The position numbers and the translations under genes are program-made. From Bacilli bacterium (GTDB lineage Bacteria; Bacillota_I; Bacilli_A; RF39; UBA660), in the NCBI GenBank assembly GCA_017484125.1, contig JAFUTV010000002.1:737-64736 (forward strand): DNA of 64,000 bases, read 5' to 3'. Positions 58,969 through 64,000 of the stretch are shown here, one piece after another (positions within the stretch are counted from its first letter, which is position 1; the number at the start of each line of letters is the position of its first letter). The notes beneath the pieces are model-generated. The model ran no database searches. It saw only the letters and a program-made list of their open reading frames with translations, and was not told where the DNA came from.

Positions 58969-59424
58969 ATGGATAATTTAATGGATGTTCACTATAGATT
59001 AAATATAGCATTAATTGAACATAGTTATTTCAAACTAAATGCAGATGAAAAGAAAAAAGCAGTTTGTTTTGAACTAAAAAAATATGTTATTAATAAAATT
59101 AAGGAAATAAATAATAATGTTACTGTAAATAATGAAGCAGAATTAATATCATTAGTAGAAGTTCTTTCAACTATGGTTGATATAAACAATTATCAAACAA
59201 TAACGCAATTAACTCATTTTATAATTGGATTAATGGAAACTATTCAAAATCATTCAATTATATGGTATATAAATGAGGATGAAGAACTACCTACTCTTGA
59301 AATATCTAATGGAACAATAGATAAACTTAGCACTAATAAAGATGATAATCCAGTAGGAGTCTTTAAATTCATTTATAATTACTACATAAATGAATTTGAT
59401 AATAAAAAGTTAATAAAAAGATGA
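58969..59424 (+). CDS. Hypothetical protein
   Basis: 151-aa ORF; GAGGG RBS. Confidence 0.65.
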   Translation: MDNLMDVHYRLNIALIEHSYFKLNADEKKKAVCFELKKYVINKIKEINNNVTVNNEAELISLVEVLSTMVDINNYQTITQLTHFIIGLMETIQNHSIIWYINEDEELPTLEISNGTIDKLSTNKDDNPVGVFKFIYNYYINEFDNKKLIKR

Positions 59425-59444
59425 AATGCTTCATCTTTTTATTA

Positions 59445-60152
59445 TTAAATAATTTTTGCTACAGAAACTAACAAAATATTATTATTAGTAAAATATATAC
59501 ATCCATATGAAATTAAAATGGTTAAAATTATTGAAGATAATATAAATATGATTATTTTATCTGCATTAGTAAACACATTATTTTTTCCACCTATACTAAA
59601 TATTAAATATAGGGAACAACCACTAATCAATAACGATCCACATACTATTGCAATAATATACCATATAGTTAATTTTGGAACTGATGTTTTATCAACTAAT
59701 TGATTTTGAATATTACCACCATTATCATTTGGTGCTTTATTATCATCAGGTCTTTGAGTGTTATTTTCTTCTGATTTATTTTTCATATCATTTACTTGAT
59801 AATTGTCATCATTTAAATTATTAGTATTATCTTTTTTAGTGTTATCATCAGGCATTTGTGGAGGTTCAGTGGAATTATCCGGTATTTGCATGTTACCATC
59901 AACATTATTATTTCCTCTTTGATTTTCTTCTATGTTTCCTTTAGGAACTCTTCCCCTATTTTCACTGTTATTATTTGAATTATCATTATTATATTTATCG
60001 TTTGGAGGCATATTCATATTCGCTTTTAAAGCATTATCATTTGACATTTTTACAGATAGATTTGTCTTTGCTATATAAATAGTTCCAAAAACAATAATTA
60101 AACCTAATATAATTCCAAAAATGCATATTATATTTTTACAACTTCTTTTCAT
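59445..60152 (-). CDS. Membrane protein with Asn/Asp/Pro-rich disordered loop
   Basis: TM, low-complexity linker, 2 TM; GAAAGG RBS. Confidence 0.7.
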   Translation of the reverse strand: MKRSCKNIICIFGIILGLIIVFGTIYIAKTNLSVKMSNDNALKANMNMPPNDKYNNDNSNNNSENRGRVPKGNIEENQRGNNNVDGNMQIPDNSTEPPQMPDDNTKKDNTNNLNDDNYQVNDMKNKSEENNTQRPDDNKAPNDNGGNIQNQLVDKTSVPKLTIWYIIAIVCGSLLISGCSLYLIFSIGGKNNVFTNADKIIIFILSSIILTILISYGCIYFTNNNILLVSVAKII

Positions 60153-60241
60153 AATAAATTTCCTTTCTTTAAATTATTAAAAAAATTATAATTAATAAAT
60201 ATGATAATTATGTGAAAATATAATATAAATTTGGTGTAAAT

Positions 60242-60263
60242 AAAAAAAGACTTATGTCTTTTT
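60242..60263 (-). terminator. Terminator hairpin
   Basis: AAAAAAGAC-TTAT-GTCTTTTT. Confidence 0.6.
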
Positions 60264-60660
60264 AATTAACTGCTTTATTTAGTGAATAATTATTGTTTAA
60301 TAATTTATTAGAAATTCTTCTTTTTAATAAATAAACCATCTTTTTAAAATTATACTTAATACTACTTATATCTTTTAATTCTAAAAAATACCATTTAGTA
60401 TAGTTTTTATTAGCTAATACTTTAATATTATCAGAATTAAAATATTTCTTAGTAGCTTCTTGAACTTGTTTTTTAAAATCTTTATTTACCTTTATCTTAT
60501 CAATTAATTCTTCATAAGAATCAATTTTTAAATCATCTAATATTAATTTATAGTATATTTTCATATTAAAACTGTAAGCATTAATTATTGATTTATTCTT
60601 TTCAAATAAATATACTTGATTAATACCTTTCTTAATATTTTTTCTTTGATTATTTTTCAT
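60262..60660 (-). CDS. Basic hypothetical protein
   Basis: 132-aa ORF; GAGGTG RBS. Confidence 0.6.
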   Translation of the reverse strand: MKNNQRKNIKKGINQVYLFEKNKSIINAYSFNMKIYYKLILDDLKIDSYEELIDKIKVNKDFKKQVQEATKKYFNSDNIKVLANKNYTKWYFLELKDISSIKYNFKKMVYLLKRRISNKLLNNNYSLNKAVN

Positions 60661-60740
60661 AATAATACACCTCTTTCTTTCTTAAAAAAAGTATAAAATA
60701 TTAAAAAAACATCTGCAACCACGCTGGTCACATAATGTTC

Positions 60741-61724
60741 TTACTTTGTCTTTTTTATTAATATTTCCTTTATTTCTTGTTTTAAACTAAATGGTTCTAC
60801 TACATCTACTTTTTCAATATTTCTAAGTACCCAATATTTAAATCCTTCTTTATTAACATTTAAAGTTACCTTAAATATATCCTTATCAATTGTTTTAAAA
60901 TCTAGTTTTTTTCCAAATAAATCAACTACATTATCTAGTAATGATACATGACATCTAACAGTTATATTAATAGGATTACCTGCAAACATAGAAACACTTG
61001 AATCCATAAATTCTTTTACATCGTTTGCTTTAATTCTGTTTGAAATATCTTTTTTTAATACTTTTAAAGAACTAATTCTATCTATACGATAAGAATACAA
61101 CTTATCATTTCCTTCTTTTAATGCAATTAAATAGAATTCTTGATTAGTATAAAATATTGCATATGGTGAAACAACAACTGTATCAACAACAATATTAGAC
61201 AATTTATTACTATCTAAATAATATTTATTATAATTAAAAGTTATTTTCTTCTTATTGTATATGGCTTCGTTAATATCTTCCATGTTTTTTATAACGGCAA
61301 TATTACTAGTTTTAACATTATCAGAATAAACTTTATAATTATTAAATTTTTCTTCTTCATAAATATTTAACATATTTAAACATTTATTTATTATATTTCT
61401 TGATATTTTAGGCGTTATATATGTTGCAAAAGAAATGGTATCCATAATTGTTCTTATTTCACCAACTTCAAAATCAGTATCCGGATCTCTTAATAAATAA
61501 TATCCTTTATTATTATCTTTTCTAGTAGAAATATCATAATCAAACTTTTCTATTAATAGATTAATATTTCTTCTTATAGTTCTTTCATCAACTTCAACAT
61601 TATAATTTTCATTTATTATATTCTTTATTTCTTTTGCACTTAACATATGATCTTCATCAGAGTATTTTCTTAACACATTTAGTATATATAATATATTGCC
61701 ATTTTTTTCATATAGTTTTTCCAT
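60741..61724 (-). CDS. WYL-domain transcriptional regulator (wHTH-WYL-WCX)
   Basis: YSDEDH.LS..ERTIRRNI..GYY HTH; VSPY..FYL..YRIDRI WYL; V.VVEP.SL WCX. Confidence 0.92.
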   Translation of the reverse strand: MEKLYEKNGNILYILNVLRKYSDEDHMLSAKEIKNIINENYNVEVDERTIRRNINLLIEKFDYDISTRKDNNKGYYLLRDPDTDFEVGEIRTIMDTISFATYITPKISRNIINKCLNMLNIYEEEKFNNYKVYSDNVKTSNIAVIKNMEDINEAIYNKKKITFNYNKYYLDSNKLSNIVVDTVVVSPYAIFYTNQEFYLIALKEGNDKLYSYRIDRISSLKVLKKDISNRIKANDVKEFMDSSVSMFAGNPINITVRCHVSLLDNVVDLFGKKLDFKTIDKDIFKVTLNVNKEGFKYWVLRNIEKVDVVEPFSLKQEIKEILIKKTK

Positions 61725-61788
61725 TTATACACCTACTTTATAGAAGAATTCTTATAACTATATTATACCACGTAAGTATAAAAAAAAT

Positions 61789-61899
61789 AAAAAAACGGAG
61801 CCGTAAAGGCTCCAAGGGGGTTTTGGTTGATTACATAAGTTACAAAAAGGTCGTAAAATATGTAACCGATAATTTTATTAGCATAGCATCGCTATGCTA
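61789..61899 (-). ncRNA. Candidate sRNA, about 110 nt, with C-rich single-stranded segment
   Basis: TTGACA (61933-61928) - 17 nt - TAATAT promoter; hairpins; GGAGCC-UUUAC-GGCUCC plus U-tract terminator. Confidence 0.5.
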
Positions 61900-61933
61900 A
61901 TATAATATTAATAAATTTTTTTTAATTTGTCAA

Positions 61934-64000
61934 TTACTTTTTAGTTGTTACTTTTTTAATATTTGACCAAACAGAGTAATACTTTTTACCATTAATTGTC
62001 TTATATGTTCTTATTCTAACGTAGTATTTTTTATTTGCCTTTAACTTTTTAATAGTTTCTTTTGTTGTAGTATTTGGTTTAACAAATACTTTAGTATAAG
62101 ATTTAAAATTCTTATTTAAAGAATATTCAATTTGATATCCAGTAGTTAATGTTGTTTGTTCAGTCCATTTCGCAGTAAATCCTTTTTTTTCTGATTTTAG
62201 TTTTTTCAAAGTAGTAGTATTTGGAATAATATAAAATGTTTTAGTAACACTTCCTTTATAATTTCCAATACCCTTTATTTCTATACTTGCTGTTCCTACT
62301 TTTTTATTATCTTTATATGTAATTGTATAATCAACTTTTGCTTTTAATTTTGTCTTATTATCTTTTATAGTAGCTTTTGGCTTTATCTTTTTACCAGTGT
62401 ATTCTTTATTATCTAAATTAATAGATATATCTGTTTTTGATATTTTTTTAGCTTTTATTTTAAAAGTTTTAGTAACACTTCCTTTATAATTTCCCTTACC
62501 CTTAATTATTATTTTAGAAGTACCAACATTTTTATTATTTTCATAAGTAATTGTATAATCTTTATTTTCAGTTAATTGAACACCATCAATTTCAACAGTA
62601 ACGGATTGTTTAATACCTTTACCTTTATATGTTTTATCTTCAATACCCTTTATAGTAGCATTTGATATTTTATATGAATCACTAATATCTTTAAATGTTA
62701 TATTATTTGCTTTAGCATATTTTTCAGCTGTAGATCCTTTATAACCATAAATAACATTTACACTTGTTAATTTAGCATTTTCATCAATCTTTGTTTTATC
62801 ATTTAAGAAAGTAACTGAACTAAATTTATTATAAGGACTGTAAAATGAATATTTACCTACACTTTCAACAGATTTAGGAATAACTAATTTATCTATTTTT
62901 GTTGAAGCAAAAGCCCAATCATCTATTTTTTTAACACTTTCTGGAATATTAACACTTACTAAATTTCTACTACCTTCAAAAGCTGCAAAACCAATAGTAA
63001 CTAATCCATTTGGTAGTACTACATTAGTTAAATTATTATTTGAAGAAAATGCATATGCACCAAGTTCGCTAATGTTAGATGCAACACTATATTTCTTAGC
63101 AGTTTTTCCCGCTGGATATGTTACTAATGTTTTACCATTTTTTGTATAAAGAATTCCATCTATGCTTTTAAAACTAGGATTATTACTATCAACATTTATA
63201 TTTTTTAATGTACTTACCTTTGCGAATGCTCCATCACCTAAGCTTGTAATATTTTTAGTAACATTAACAGTTTGAATATTACTATCATCATGAAGTCCAT
63301 AATATAAAGCTAATGTTGCAACACTTTCATAATTAGTAGGTGTCGAAGTAATTCCATTATATTTTACAGGTGTGGATACTACTTTATCATAACCATCATA
63401 TTGATATACTTCATATTTACCATAACTATCTACACTCCAAGCATTTTCTGTACCAAAAATATAATATGGTCTTGGCGTGGTTGTTTGATAATAACCTGCT
63501 TCAATAATATATAATTTACCATCAAGCATAGCAGCAACGTTATGATGGTTATTTCCTGCACCTGCATCTTTTACTGCATAACGAATATGAGCTTTTATTC
63601 CAACTTGATTTGCCATCCAAACAATTGTATTAGATGATCCTATACAATCTGCACCATTTCCTAAAATAAATCCAACATAAGATGTAGAATAACCATATGG
63701 ATAAGATGCAACAAATTCAGCAATTTTTTGCATTTTTTGATATTCAGTCATATCAGATGTAATATTTTTCTTTATATAATCTTTCATTACATTTTGAGAA
63801 TATGTAACAGCATAATTAACTACATTAACTTTAATTGTATATGTTTTTCCATCAACTCTAACATAGACATTAAATGTTCCAAAAGAATACTCACTTCTTG
63901 TACTTGTGTAGTCTTGCATTTTTGAAGTACTACAATAACTAGAATTACAATACCATGTTTTCTTTGAAGGTGTAATTAATCCTGTATCAGATACTTCTAC
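61934..64000 (-). CDS. Surface protein, 5' end outside window: transglutaminase-like domain, BspA-type LRRs, two Ig-like repeats, Fn3-like C-terminus
   Basis: Frame is open to 64000; GADC..HHN..IIEA; LPNGLVTIGFAAF/IPESVKKIDDWAF LRRs; GYQIEYS..YYVRIRTY..YSVWS. Confidence 0.88.
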   Translation of the reverse strand, partial: VEVSDTGLITPSKKTWYCNSSYCSTSKMQDYTSTRSEYSFGTFNVYVRVDGKTYTIKVNVVNYAVTYSQNVMKDYIKKNITSDMTEYQKMQKIAEFVASYPYGYSTSYVGFILGNGADCIGSSNTIVWMANQVGIKAHIRYAVKDAGAGNNHHNVAAMLDGKLYIIEAGYYQTTTPRPYYIFGTENAWSVDSYGKYEVYQYDGYDKVVSTPVKYNGITSTPTNYESVATLALYYGLHDDSNIQTVNVTKNITSLGDGAFAKVSTLKNINVDSNNPSFKSIDGILYTKNGKTLVTYPAGKTAKKYSVASNISELGAYAFSSNNNLTNVVLPNGLVTIGFAAFEGSRNLVSVNIPESVKKIDDWAFASTKIDKLVIPKSVESVGKYSFYSPYNKFSSVTFLNDKTKIDENAKLTSVNVIYGYKGSTAEKYAKANNITFKDISDSYKISNATIKGIEDKTYKGKGIKQSVTVEIDGVQLTENKDYTITYENNKNVGTSKIIIKGKGNYKGSVTKTFKIKAKKISKTDISINLDNKEYTGKKIKPKATIKDNKTKLKAKVDYTITYKDNKKVGTASIEIKGIGNYKGSVTKTFYIIPNTTTLKKLKSEKKGFTAKWTEQTTLTTGYQIEYSLNKNFKSYTKVFVKPNTTTKETIKKLKANKKYYVRIRTYKTINGKKYYSVWSNIKKVTTKK
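62238..62494. repeat. Intragenic direct repeat, 228-nt (76-aa) period
   Basis: GTTTTAGTAACACTTCCTTTATAATTTCC at 62238 and 62466, encoding GNYKGSVTKT. Confidence 0.85.

Noticed and set aside
1-64000. Mycoplasma-type genetic code (TGA = Trp)
   Set aside because: Long genes are intact under code 11, Trp is TGG and several genes end at TGA.

Overview
Very AT-rich chromosomal segment using the standard bacterial code (TGA is a stop). Gene content (spoVS, cotJB/cotJC, EssC, VanY-type carboxypeptidase, DUF2779) suggests a small-genome gut Bacilli lineage such as RF39-like; this taxonomy is inference. Most genes are on the minus strand. Main contents: a two-gene type VIIb secretion core (essC-esaB) preceded by a signal-less candidate substrate; a dockerin-bearing, apparently circularly permuted glucosaminidase next to a cohesin-like membrane anchor; tRNA-Asn; a membrane-anchored phage tail-collar protein; four pilin-like genes plus a TadZ/MinD-like protein; a Wzm/Wzt polysaccharide locus; TetR with an MMPL-YhgE fusion; housekeeping, sporulation and transport genes; a divergent thyA coupled to a nucleotidyltransferase-deaminase-HIT triple fusion; a WYL regulator; and two unexplained structured intergenic transcripts (about 44.25-44.52 kb and 61.79-61.90 kb). 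No CRISPR array, rRNA, transposase or integrase was seen. All family calls come from motif recognition by eye, not database searches.
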